A stretch of 64,000 nt of DNA. Origin: Kondoa subrosea. Its lineage: Eukaryota. Under the pieces are notes generated by a model, which had not been told where the DNA came from, ran no database searches, and saw only the letters and a list, made by a program, of their open reading frames with translations. Numbering within the stretch: the stretch's first letter is position 1; each line of letters opens with the position of its first letter. The position numbers were made by a program, and so were the translations under genes. Location of the stretch: the NCBI GenBank assembly GCA_039545335.1, contig BCIN01000001.1, positions 2,793,136 to 2,857,135 of the forward strand, in the 5' to 3' direction. Shown here piece by piece: positions 14,071 through 26,895 of the stretch.

Positions 14071-14891
14071 AGTGAGTCTTCACAGTCTTTAGCGCGATGT
14101 GGACTGATGACCAGTCAGTGGACTTCATCAACAATCTTACAGGCGGGGGACAGCAGAGTAATGCCAGTGCGCAACAGAATCAAGTACCTGCGGAAGGACA
14201 GCAAGTTGGTCAGACCGGCCAAGGCGGAGGCCTAATGGGGACAGTAAGCCGTATCTGTCAAGCCCCACAGACGTTCTTGATCGTCGCTTACAGTTGTCCA
14301 GCAAGTTGAACGAGCTTGGAGGTATGGCTTTCTCTACCTCTCTATTTGCCTAGCTATTACTGATTTCTGTAAAAGGCGGAGGACAGAAGAGCGAAGCGAA
14401 TGAAGACGGTCTTGTGCGTTTTCTTCGGTCACGACTTGTGCTTCGCTAACATGGCCTCGCTAGGATAAAGCCATCGACTTCATTCAAGAAAAGGTACTCG
14501 GGCAAGGTTGAGCTCGTCATTCACGATTCCTGTTGATGTTCTAAATTGGTTATTGTGTACAGGACCGCAGAATAACGAATCAGCAATGGAGTGAGTCCTT
14601 CTCGACCTGCATTACAAATTGAAGATACTGATTGGAGGACTATGACAGACAAAAGCAGGATGAATTCTACTCGGATATGATCAGAGTGCGCCTTTCTGCT
14701 GACCGAAGGTGTACTCGACTGACCATACCAAGCAGAACCAATACAAGACCGCTACTGGTACGTCCACTTGACAGCGTGTCTACTATTACTGATGATCGTC
14801 TAGGCAAAGATTTCTTCATAGCGTTAGTCCCAGGCTTTGCTTTTGCCTTACTGACGGCTGAATTTGGGCTTGCAGAGACAAAGAAACTTGA
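14071..14891 (+). CDS. Small hydrophilic G/Q/N-rich fungal protein, copy 2 (tandem paralog of 13256-13837)
   Basis: Spliced product MDFINNLTGGG...GGGQKSEANEDGLDKAIDFIQEKVLGQGPQNNESAMEQKQDEFYSDMIRNQYKTATGKDFFIADKET*. The ATG forms only across an intron. Confidence 0.75.
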
Positions 14892-15051
14892 GAATCTGTT
14901 ACAAATCTTCATACCCAATCGTATCGCATGAGCTCTACATATATAATGCAAGTGATAACAGTGCATCAGATAAGCATTTAGAGACGTCACGCTCTGGACT
15001 TGAAGGCGAATCTTGCTTACTAATAATGTTGTCTTCTCAATACGGCGAAGT

Positions 15052-16323
15052 ATGAAGTGCAGATACCTCTTAGCTATACCCTTAGCATCTGCATTACCAA
15101 ACCTCTTGTTATACACCTACACAAGCCCGACGACCTTCTATCACGAGTCGATTCCAGCTGCTGTCAAAGCGATAACAGAATTGGGCACTGGTTTGTATAA
15201 TACGACAGCTACGCAAGATCCAGCTACTTTCGCAGACGCTGGACTGGCCTCTTACAACGCTATCGCGTTCATTTCAACGTTAGCTGCATCTCTTTCAGCG
15301 CGGGAAGGAAACTCAATTTGTCCAGTACTGGCGATATACTCAACGGGGATCAGCAGGTAAGTTCAAGGACAGGCACTAGAGCAAGTCGAATGTAGGATGT
15401 AGGCTGCAATCCGCTCTTGGCTGAGTCAACCCGGTCATGGCTTCGCTAGCATACATTCTGCTTGCGACTCGCTGCGTAATGAGACTGCAAGTCTCTATTG
15501 TACTTTCAATGAAGTAACAAATCTGATCTAGTGCCAGTGGTTTGAACGATTGCTAGGCGCTTACTTCGAGCGACATCCGCAAGCAATACAAGATGCCATC
15601 TACAATAGATTGGACAACGGCACTTCACTGGCCACTGCACAATTACCAGATGCCTGGACTCACCGTGATGAGATCTATTCTTACCATTCAGAGTAAGCTT
15701 CACAATTCAAAGCCAAGTCGCAACCTTTGAAGCCGATTTGATCACAGTCCGCGAGCAAACAATATCACTCTCCTGCTATCTGTTGAGCCGGATACCTATA
15801 CGGATCAGCAACCTGTTACTCCTGGCGGATACCCAAGACCAATAGCATGGCGTGTGTTCTTCCCTCAACTAGAGCTCTTCCCAATGCTTATCAAATTATC
15901 AGAGCGAGAACCCGGCTTCGTTGTAGACGATATGCTCACGCATAATGGACCTTTCTTCCAAACGGGTATGTAGCTGTTACTTTCGCTGAACAAAGAGCTC
16001 CAATCTGTCTTTCCTTCTCACTTTAGGGTTGGGTCACGATATCGAAATTTGGCAGAATGATACTCTTTTCCGATCTCACATTCAAGGGGGTCTTCTATTT
16101 ATTTTGAATACCACAAACAGCACCACAGCTTCGACCTCGTCATCTGCCAGCTCGGATTCGCCATCTGTAACCCCAGGCAGTAATGCGGCAGCTACTTCAG
16201 CATCTGATCGAACAATAAATAGCATATGGCGAGTCTATAACTGTTACAACATGATCTCCTGAACTGAAAGCCTTTGGTACAACCAGGTCTTCTTTACTAC
16301 CACTGCTCGCCCTACTAGTCTAA
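15052..16323 (+). CDS. Secreted ThuA-like (class I glutamine amidotransferase-like fold) protein with probable GPI signal
   Basis: Signal peptide; ThuA-like motifs FYHESIPAAVKAI, YNAIAFIST and LGHDIEIWQNDTLFRSHIQGGL; Ser/Thr stalk; terminal SIWSSLLPLLALLV* via a GC-AG intron at 16229-16286. Confidence 0.7.
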
Positions 16324-18003
16324 AGCCCTGTTTTCTCACTCTCAAATGGTTCCCAGCCCGATTTGAGCTTCCCATCATCATTGGGCTTCATGTCATTCAA
16401 TTTGTACTCCAATGGCTGTTGATGCTGCAAGTTGTTTTTAGTCGTTCGACCTATTCCGAAAGCTGCATCTTTCAATGGCAGACCAGATCGTTTGCGTTGA
16501 ATCGCCAATCGGATAGAAGAGATGAGCAGAGTTGCAATAAAGCCAGCTACGATTATATAATCTGTTGTTCAAATTTTATACTCAGCATATATACACATTT
16601 GCATAAAAATAGGAGTACACACAAATGATCTTGATGGCTTTTGGTGTAATCCTGCCCTTTTCGGCGTAAACTTCAAAACCTTGGTAGACTTGAATAAAGC
16701 CCAACCCGGTCAGACTGAGTCCAGTCAGAATATGTAAGAGGTTTCGAATTGGTCTTTTGATTCTCTTTGCGTCGAATAAGCGATGAATGTATAAGCCCAG
16801 AACGACTTGCAGAAGCAAAAGGCAGAGAAGGATGACGCCCAGAACTTGATGAGAAGAAGAGAAATGAGAGTCGTATTGATGGGAAGCGACTACGCCGAGA
16901 ATGAAGGAGATGATAGTAAGACAAGTGGTACCGCCTATTTGGAGATATTGGTGTAACTTGACCCAGCCTTCCAAGTGCCGACCCAATCGAGCGAGAAGAA
17001 TGGCAGAAGGGCTACAAAGAAATAATTGCTCAGATCAGACGCACAAAACTTCAAAGGACTTTTACCTTATAATCATCCATGCGAGCGTTCCCAACAGTGC
17101 GTGAATAGTCACAACAGTATCTGTATGCGACCAAGGCTGCTTGATTGAATCAGCTGCATTAGGGGCTAATTCGCCTGAATCTTGCGTGGTCGAGCTAGTG
17201 TTGGTTGAAGATGGGGAGACAATCGTCCCGCGGAGAGAAGTACTGAGATCCATTTTGATTGCTGCTGCTGTGTCATGCACCGCGAGCTGTACGGTGTCTT
17301 GCTTAGCTTCCGCAGGATTGACACTCGAATAGGCGCTATTCTCATATTGTTAGGAGAGGATCCAGAAATATCAGAGAGCATACTAGACTATATCTACTGA
17401 AGATCGAGACAGCTCATTGCCAGAAGATGCGTCCGTCTCGTATTGCGGTTTCAAGGGTCGTTGGAAAGAAAGTAAAGTATAGGAAGTACCAACTTCCATC
17501 GTCGATAATTGAGGTAAGAGAGTAATTTCGCGGGATTGTTTGACATTGGGATCTGGCATGACATGGCCTCCAGCTGTTCTTTGACTGAAAGTCCATTCTA
17601 CTTGATCCTTGTTTATGGTAGGCCACATGAGAAGTATGTCGGCGTTGCTCATTCTCGTTCCTGTACCCATAGCGAACCATCCCACTTGACTGATTCACAA
17701 CCATCAGTGTTTTACTCGTTGTGGTTACCTCTCTTGAAACTCACTCTACGCGTGTTTTGGTCAGATTGAAGGTAACAACTGCCGACGTATCGTTCGTTAC
17801 GATCTGCATTCACATTGAGCACCCCAAATTGCTTTCGATAAGGAATAACAAACCTGAAGATTATACGGCGCAAGCTTGACAGCTTGGCCAGTAAGAGTAG
17901 TCGCATTTCCAAGCGCTGATGTGACTGCCTGAGAGACTCTTGATTGCGCGTAGACAGTACAGATAAGGAAAGCCAGACAATAGATTAATTCGAAGGGAGA
18001 CAT
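16320..18003 (-). CDS. DOMON domain + cytochrome b561 ferric-reductase-like membrane protein
   Basis: Signal peptide; DOMON motif GWFAMGTGTRMSNADILLMWP; b561 His-bearing helices HALLGTLAWMI, WVKLHQYLQ, SSHQVLGVIL, LHILTG. Confidence 0.85.
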
Positions 18004-18230
18004 TGCTTAAATGAGTGTGATGAAATAAGGAAAGAGTGTGGTTAGCCTCCAGGGCTGTACTGTTACAGAATGAGGCTGGGCTTGTGATCAACCGGAATGA
18101 GCAAGAAATGGGTTCAAGCACAACAACAATAATAATGCGAATCCCTTGGAGCTGTTCCACGATTGGCAGTGAATGGCCAACGCGTAGAGGCTAGGCCAGA
18201 GATATACCAGAGCGGTTCTGAGATACCAGG

Positions 18231-21200
18231 ATGCCTCCCAATGGCAGGCCTCGACAGAGGTTGACCTATGTGATACCACTTAATCAAGCATCGAAACCAG
18301 AACTGCTTTGTCTGCCCCCAGAGAACGCTGGCCCTCGTAATTTCGATCCTAGGCCATTGTTGTACTCTGCAGCAACAGGAAGTCGAATAGAGAGCTTTCC
18401 TATTCAAGCATCATCGAATCATGCGTCCACCTCAAGCAGCACACCTCAACATTGTCTCGGTGTTTCCAAATTAGCACTCGATCTCAGTACAGCTGTCTTA
18501 CCTAGCAGTGATTTAACTTCATCTCCTTCTCATGAGGATCAACCGAGTCCTCAAGGTTTGCTATATTCAGCAGGAAGGGACGGACTTATAATCTCATCCG
18601 AGCTGAACTTGAAGACCAAGAGACGAAAACGGAGGATTGGTTATGGTAAAGAATTCAAAAGGGCTAGAAGAGCTAGATGGGAAGATTTGGGTGCTTTTGA
18701 GGAAGAGCAAGAGTCTGACGATGAGGAAATGCTGGACTCGGCAAGCAGTGAAGATGAGCATCAACCACAACCTCCTAGACCAAAGGGTCGGTTCTCCTAC
18801 CCCGAAGCCGTTTCTTCTCCGAAGGCCAGTTCGAAGAATCAGAGTCATTATATTCCATTCGAAGAGAAATGGGAAGTTCAGCATAACGAACAAGAGCAAC
18901 TGCCTCCTGCAAGATTTAGACAATCGGTTCAGCCACATACAGACTGGATCAATGATATTGTGCTCTGTAACCTGAATCGAACGGGTTCGTGACGGAACTT
19001 TGAAGATAAGGACTACTTCTGACATAGAGAAAATAGTCATTACTGCTTCCTCTGACCAGACAATAAGAGCTTGGAGTCCGCACGACCCTTCAAAAAGTAC
19101 ACAGCCTGCTTTACTTGGTACTCACGATGATTTTGTGAAATGCCTTGCCCATTGGTGAGTTGATATATTACACATTGTAATTACATCTAAAACAATTACG
19201 ATCAGCCGAGATGGTCAGTGGGTTGCTAGTGGTGGCTTCGATCACAAGATCAAGCTGTGGGATATACAAGAAACGCGGCAGCAAAGCTTACTTGAATTAG
19301 GCGAAGGTGCAGCAACTTCTTCTATTTACTCTTTGGCTACTTCCCCGGCTGGTACTCTTATCGCCTCTGGGTCGCCAGAGAATATAGTCCGACTGTGGGA
19401 TCCGAGAAGTAATCGACCTAGAGCAGGTCAATTGGTTGGCCATGCAGACAATATTCGCTCAATCTTGATCAGCGATGATGGCAGACATGTTTGTAGCCTC
19501 AAAGATGTTTCTACAGTATACTGATCTCTTTTCGTTGCTTAACAGATGCTTACTGCGTCAGCCGATTCAACTATTAAACTCTGGCCACTTGGAATGCAGC
19601 GTTGTCTACATACCTTCTCTTATCATGCCGACTCGGTCTGGTCTCTCTTCTCCTCACACCCCAATCTCGATCGCTTTTACTCTGCCGATCGTTCTGGTCT
19701 TTTATGTAAAGTCGATATGGAACTTTGTGGAGATCTATCAGAAGCAGAATGTGTTGTCATTTGTAAAGACGACGATTCTGCAAACGCTTCGTCTGGTATC
19801 AACAGTATAGCTGCGGTTGACGACTCCTATATCTGGACAGCTTCAGCATCTTCTAGCATACAAAGATGGAAAGATGTTCTGCCTCGGTCGCAGCGGCTGG
19901 CAAATAGGACAGCCCCGAGAAGATCTGAGAGCGCTCGATTCCACAATGTGGAATCACTTCCTCTTTTATCCCGAACTTCTACTGGCGCGTCAGATAGAGT
20001 ACCAGAAACAGAACAGGCCGGCGATAGAAGAGCTGTCACATTCGCTCCTGGTCTTGGCATAATGAGTGATGCGAATGGAGGGTCACCATTCTCTTCTTCT
20101 TCTCCTCTTCACGGCACACCGAGTAAACCTAGCTTCAGCTCTCGGTACTCATCCGCATCTGACAGACGATTTCACGAACCCAAATCTCCAGCATCGCTTG
20201 ATACTGTAGGAGTACCAGAAAGAAATGGCCTTCCTTTAGAATCTCTGGTCTCTCTCGATCCAGATGCAGGTTATCAGCCTCGACACCCAGGCGCTGGATC
20301 TGTACTTTCGTTTTTGGCCTATAGAACCAGTAGCTTACCTTCTTCATCCCTTCGACAACAATCTGCTCTTCGGTCTAGCGAATCACCGATCATGGAATCA
20401 CCGAATCAAGCTTTTCCTTCTACCGCTGTAATTGAATACGAGAATCGTGATCTAGCGAGCGAAGCAGTACCACTTCGACTATCTCCAGATGCTACTATTC
20501 GTGGCAGAAATGGTTTGGTGCGATCTGAAATGCTCAATGATAGAAGAACAGTCTTGACTTTGGACACTGTTGGTGAAATCGCGGTTTGGGATATCGTTTT
20601 GGCAAGATGCATTGGCGTCATGGATCGTACTCAACTCATCAATAATGCTAGTAAGCGTCGTGGATCTTCAACTAGTGAACAAACCTCTTCTTCGATTAGT
20701 GATTTTCTGGCTCAAGAACATCAGAATGGTAAAGGTGGTGCAGGTGGAAAGGAGTTGCTCGAGCTGGTGAAGCATTTGATCGAAGGTGAAGGAGTGACAA
20801 ACAGCTGGGCAAGCGTAGACGTCCGAGTTGGTGCTCTGTCGGTTCATTTGGACGAAGCCCGCTGTTTCGCTGGAGAATGCTACCTGGACGAATCTTCTTT
20901 CGAAGCAATAGAAGCGGACGACTATCAACGCATCAACTTAGGCAAGATCGTCTTACGTAATTTGTTTGATGGCTTCATTCAGGCTGAACTCCAGCGAGCG
21001 CATCAAGTTGATCATTCTAATTCCCCGACGCGATTGCACCGATCGGCAGCACCTTCTCACATCAACCTTTCCGGCAACAGAGCGCCTGCAACTGATCAAG
21101 CTACTCCTCGTCAAGCACCCATGACGATTGCAACAGCTCTAGCAACTCCTGCCCTGACCTTAGCTTTACCTCCGTCAGCTCACGATCTACCTCAGACCTC

Positions 21201-22149
21201 GAAAGAATTGGCGGCTATACCGCAGTCACCAGCTGCAAACCTTCGGACACCTGCCGCAAATGCAAGTCTGGACGGAGACTACTTCTCTTTGCCTAATGCA
21301 TCACCTAAAGTTCCATCTCCAACCCCGGGTGCTTCGACACCAGCTGTATCAAACGGCTTTGTTGGGAAGCTCAAGAGTCTTGGTCGAATGCCTAAACGAA
21401 CGACGACAGGCATAGTGCCAGAAGATGCTGCAGTTTCGGCAGAGATCGTTCCAGAAATTGTGCCTTCTTTCAAACCAACTCTTCGCGGTCCCTTTACACC
21501 TTCGCCATGGTCAGAAACTCCTCGCGTCCAACTCAATCAAGGTGTCGTCTACTACTTAGCCGAAGAAAGCGCGGGATCAGCAACATGGCCTGTCATCTAT
21601 CGCGCCTTGGCTTCTGTAACTCATGAACATCTCTCACTCCTCGAGAATCTGTTATCTCCTTGGCTGATCAACTCGCTGTTGTATAATCAGATCCCGGTTC
21701 TACAACCCGCAAAGATCACTTTTGTGCTTGAACCGTGGAACGGCGCTCAATCTGGTTTGCCAGCAATGCCTGCAGGGTATGTGCACAAATTCATGGATCA
21801 TAAGGCTGCATACTCATGCCATCACAGTCATGCTCGTCTAACAGCAAATCGGCTACTCCGGATGCATAAAGCCGCAGCTTTCGTCATAGACAAGCTCCGC
21901 CTAGACATTAACCAAGGCAATATCAGTCCAGCTCGGCCTTTGGGCAAATCGATGAGTCACGCTTCAGTGTCGAGTCACTTTAGTCTGGCCTCATCGCACG
22001 GAAGCATCGACGCCTCGCCGCGACAGAGTGTCGAAATGCTATGTCAAGGCGTACTGCTGCCATCTACAGCGACTTTGGCGTCTGTTCGCACTTTTCTCTT
22101 CAAGCAATCTGGCGATTTATTGCTTCATTATCGGCTTGTGCAAGGTTAA
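18231..22149 (+). CDS. WD40-repeat protein, WDR48/UAF1/Bun107 family (deubiquitinase cofactor, DUF3337 C-terminus)
   Basis: [47 protein letters not shown]-terminal [21 protein letters not shown]. Confidence 0.9.
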
Positions 22150-22181
22150 AAAAACCGTCTATAACGAGGTCTATAACGATT

Positions 22182-25100
22182 CTAACTGGTTCCGGCACGC
22201 TTGCGACGGGGACCTTGCGTTACTATAGGCACATCTTTTTGACATCTTCGGACTAGACAAGTCCAACCTTGTTGGCGGTCAGGCGGAAGATGCATCGGCC
22301 TGTGCGGTGGAAATATGAGAGGAGAAGTATCGGGGTATTTTTCGAGGTCTGCAAAGACTTGTAAGAACAGAGAAATGATGTAAAAGTATTGTACAGACAT
22401 TTGGCAAGTGGTAGAAATCCGCGCCTTGTTTCCATGTAATGCACAAGACGAGAACCACGGTTCAGAAAGAGCCAGGTCCATGCATGCAGCAGCGGCGGTA
22501 TCCATGCCGCTGAATCGAAAAGTCGAAGACTTGCTAATTCAGCTTCTCTGGCTTCGACCATTGACTTGTAGAGCAAATCCATCATGCTACCGCTGGTATC
22601 ATAGCCGTCACCGCCTGTCCAAGGCGCTAATATTGAGGTGAAGACATCTTGCGAGTATAGACTGTATTCCGCGAAACAGAAACCAGCTATCCCAAGAACC
22701 GGTGAATCCGGTGTTTGCGGTTGTCCGCCTTTCTTGGACAGCGTCTTTTTCCGAGGATTCTTTTTGACCCAACGCAAGCAAACGAATCTAATTGCAGTTG
22801 AGCAAAAGTGGTCATTTGCCCATCAGCGGAAGATGTCCCGTACCTAATTTTCCCCGTCGCCGGGTCCAAGGGTTTCAAACCATCGCCGAGATGGCCCCAG
22901 GCTCTATTAGCTGTTCAAACATGCGCGTTAGCGGCGCGAATTCTGCGCGAAGCTAAGAGAACTGACTGAGAGCGGAAAGTTCTGCCCAAGTTGACATGCC
23001 TGCAGCAACACCGGTCTCCATAACTTCAGGAGTAGCTAGATTGGATAACATTGAATTGACGAAAATCGCTCGACAGCTGTGTGAGTGTCAGTCAACCTCC
23101 TGGACTATACATAGCTCGGTAGACGCACGCATCGTTGTATGACTGTCGCTCTTCCGCAGTTAGCTCTGCCACGCGTCGACAGGACATGTGGGAGTCTCTG
23201 ATAATAAACATTCATCAAAGTGATTTCTGTGACGTAGGCTTTTGGCATACTCAAGATTGAACGTTCGCGTATGGTCGAGTCTACAAGTTCGTCTGCCGTC
23301 CTCGAACATCTCTTTCGCGCGCCATTTGCCTGCTATGGATTAGCTTTGCTGGAAAATTAGAAAGTCACTCTTTACCTGAAGAGAACAATCCGCCCCCACC
23401 ACCTGTTCACGCAATGTCATCTGGATGCATGGGATACAGTATATCGCAGGAACGTACCACAATCCGAGCATCTTTGATACTTGTCATCGCATGCTGAACA
23501 TATGACTTCGAAACTGGGCTGATTTTCATCGCTTGGACTAATTGTAAGGTTTCCGAGACCGACTATCCGTTCGCAAATACCACCTATTGTACCGAATTAT
23601 CAGGTCTCCGTAGGTCTTCAGCGTGAAAAGAAAAGTGCTTACAAACTGTTGGCTCATTGTCTGCCTTTGTGCGTTTTGAGCGCTTCTTTTTGATGGGCTT
23701 GGCACTGCATACAGACTTTATAAGATGATGAGCGATTCTGCGGCATTGATAGCTTACGTCTGATTAGTCTGAGCGGCTTGAACAGTTGGATGATCAGCAG
23801 GAGCGACTAGCGGAGCACAATTGATGCAATGATATGTCTTCGTTCGGGGTACAGCCATTTCATCCATCGTGCCTCTTAGGTAAATGCGGCCAAAGACTTG
23901 TTGACACAGGGTGCAAGCGAGTTCTTCATCAATCGTCTTCTTTGTTCCTTTCTTAACAGCAGCAGATGGTTTTGGCACAGCTACTCTTGATACGCGATGT
24001 GCAGAAGTGGGTCTGGAAGTTGATGAGGAAGTGCTGGCTATAGGTAAAGAAAGTGGAAGAGGTTTAGGTGGCAGGAGATCAATATCCTCTTCCGAGGTCG
24101 AATTAACACCAAATTCCGCAGGAGAAGAAGAGTATGAGATCTCTGGAGGTGGTGTATTGTATGCAAAAATACCAGAGCCATTAGAACTGGCTCTTTGCAT
24201 CGGCATGTAATGTTCTGGTAGCGTTGGGAATCCGGATTGACCATTGGGAGGTGCTGAATGTGCATAGAGGGAGCGACTGGACTGAAGTGGAAGGTCTTCT
24301 GTGGATCTGGAGCTTAGCAGAGGGTTGAAAGGAGTCGATGGTATCGAGGGTGGAAATGCATATTGCTGCATTGCCGCGGGTCGGTACGGCGATGCCCGTT
24401 GCTCCAGAGGCATATATGTGTGATAGTTTGGAGCCGAAGGCCTGGTCGAGGCGATCGGGACAGAGTAGCTAGGTCGAGTCGCTTGCATACTTGAAGTTGC
24501 GTAAACGTTAGGCTGAAAAGAGGTTGCTTCTTCTTGATAGAGAGGAAATTGAGGCATACTGGATTGTTGTATGGGCTGCCTGTGATAGCCTTGATACTGA
24601 ACATTGCTTGAACCAATAGCCGGATTTTGTGCTACTTGATCTTGATGTAATTGCAAGTGAGAGAATGTCAAAACTTGCTGCGTCGTCATAAAGCCTCGAG
24701 AGTAAGCAGCTGGCGAAGCAGCCATTGGCAGACCGGAAGCCTGAACAAATTCATTCGCGTTGTTTGAGTAATTCGGGTTTTCCGCGACATGCACTGAGGT
24801 GTACAGATTCTGCTGCAGGCCATAACTCGGAGTCATGGGAGCAGAAGAAGAGGAAGAAGAGGAACGAGGGAGAGTAGGAGCAGTAGCAGAAGAGAAATTC
24901 GAAAGAGAAGGCTTCTGATCTTTGCTGCCACGGGGCTGAGCAAAATAATCTTCGCCTCCATCTGAGCCAACACTGGAGTTTGTGAGTAGGGGAAAACGGT
25001 ATTGTTGCTAAGGAAACGGCAGAAATTAAGGCAATTTAAGCATGAGCGAGAGTCAATCAACGCGCGGATCTTGGATCGGACTCACAAAAGATACATCGTC

Positions 25101-25190
25101 TGTTTCGTTGCTGTTGTCCAACAGGGTGCTCTCTTGTCCTGAATTGCTGATGTAGGAGACTTGTTCGTCCTGAATATCTGGAGCCGCCAT
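22182..25190 (-). CDS. Uncharacterised protein with Q/S/P-rich N-terminus, several CxxC zinc knuckles and a globular C-terminal domain
   Basis: Spliced reading gives CTLC...CINC...CGIC...CSAC..KYQRCSDCGGG...GKWRAKEMFEDGRRTCRLDH. The upstream exon MAAPDIQDEQ (ATG 25190) splices in frame with ORF 23754-24836. Confidence 0.7.
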
Positions 25191-26422
25191 TTAATTAAAC
25201 AATAAGGTGAGACGGGAGCGGAGTCTTGAATAGTTGCTGAGCAATCTGCAGAACAGCATCGATCAGACTATCAGACAGAGCTGATTCTCGAGTGCTCGAT
25301 CTGGTCATACAGACAAGAGATTCGCCAACTTTTAGACTTCGCTGCTCACGATCCCGAAAGCGAGGGCGCTCGATGTACCTCGGAGTCGACGCAATAAGAT
25401 TGATTGTACAGAACAAGAACTCTTTCTATCGTTGCATAGTCACACATCATAGCCCCTGACCCCTTCCTGAAACTGAAGCGTACCTTTCTGATAAGTCTAG
25501 TCCCGCAACCTGGGAGAATACAAGTTGGAGCGATAAGTTTAAGGCTTTTGACTCACCATCATAAGGTTGGCGGAAGGCGTTTTAAGCACGGAATATGACG
25601 AACCCCCGGAGGCGGTAAGTAAGACAAGAGACAATCGCTTGTATAGTTTATATTTAAGCGAGTGCCTGGCATCCTCGGAATTTGGAAATAGCTCGCGTCA
25701 GCTCAACAGCTGCGTACTGATGTGAAGGAATTCGCGACCGGTGTCGAGCGATCTGGCGCCATTTGCTAGCGCCTGTATGCTCTCACGCGCCCGGGGCCTA
25801 GACGCCCGCAAGCAAACAGCAGCCTCTTGTCTTTGTCAGAATGGACAGACGTCATCCCAGTCAGAGAAGCCACAGGTAGAAGTTGTCCATAACATCAATG
25901 AGCAGACTAGCACAGCTACAGAAGAAAAGGCATAAAGACAGAATTGTATGAATTCAGAATCATCACGGAAGCATGACACCCTCTGCATGGCACAGGACGA
26001 TAGTCTGCTTCTAGCGCGCGACAAGAAGCAGGGAAGCAGGGGGTCAATCATCTTGACTTATCCTTCTTTCGTCAATCCGATTGGCACGAAGACACAGTTC
26101 GAGACACAACACGATACAGATACAACAGCGCACAGGACAGAGAAAATTGGAAGCAAGCAAGCAAGCGAGCAAGCGAGATGAGAGTTTTGCACACAGTCAA
26201 CATAACTTCACAGGGATTCCACGCAGACAGAGTTGCTTTACCAGACTTTCTGACTTCGTACTCTACCGCGGCATACGCCTCCTGGCAGTGAACCCAAAGT
26301 GAGCTAGGAATAACTGAGATCGAAGGGAATGGCAGCTTTGTAAAGAAATACATTTGTTGCTTCAAAACCGCGAATTGCCTGCTCTGAGCGTCCGCAAACT
26401 AGAGCAAAAATCAAGCATAATC

Positions 26423-26830
26423 ATGGCCGCAAGTGTAGTGGCTCCGTTTAGGCGCAGTTATCTATATCTCGTTGGTTCTCTCCCCTGCAACTCGATGCGA
26501 GCCTCACTGTGTCTATACACAGCAATCTCTAGCTCACGAGAGCCCTATCATCTTCTATAGCTTAATATTAGGCTTTGCAGGTATGTCTATAGGGTGCAAA
26601 GCGCTCATTTTGGAGCTGAAGACTATTGGTAATTTCAGGACCGGTTGCTGTTCTCACTGTTCCACCTATTCGCAAGTCTTATTTCGGTTGGACACCTGCC
26701 GAGAGGCCACCTACAACTTTTCCGCGTAAGTTTGAGCAGCTGGGATCTCAGAAAGTCAACTTATACACAACCAGTACCAAATCGCAAACGAGACCTAAAT
26801 CTTAAGGGCTATGATGATCCGGAACAGTAA
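26423..26830 (+). CDS. NADH-ubiquinone oxidoreductase 9.5-kDa subunit (NI9M/NDUFA3-like)
   Basis: Spliced product MAASVVAPFRRSYLYL..AHESPIIFYSLILGFAGPVAVLTVPPIRKSYFGWTPAERPPTTFPLPNRKR..LKGYDD. Confidence 0.85.
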
Positions 26831-26895
26831 CGGCATCAGACATATAATGACTGAATGCATACTGTAACAACAAGCTATAACCTGATACATTACAT

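Noticed and set aside
26150..26178. (GCAA)n-like microsatellite
   Set aside because: Only a few degenerate units and no sign of function.
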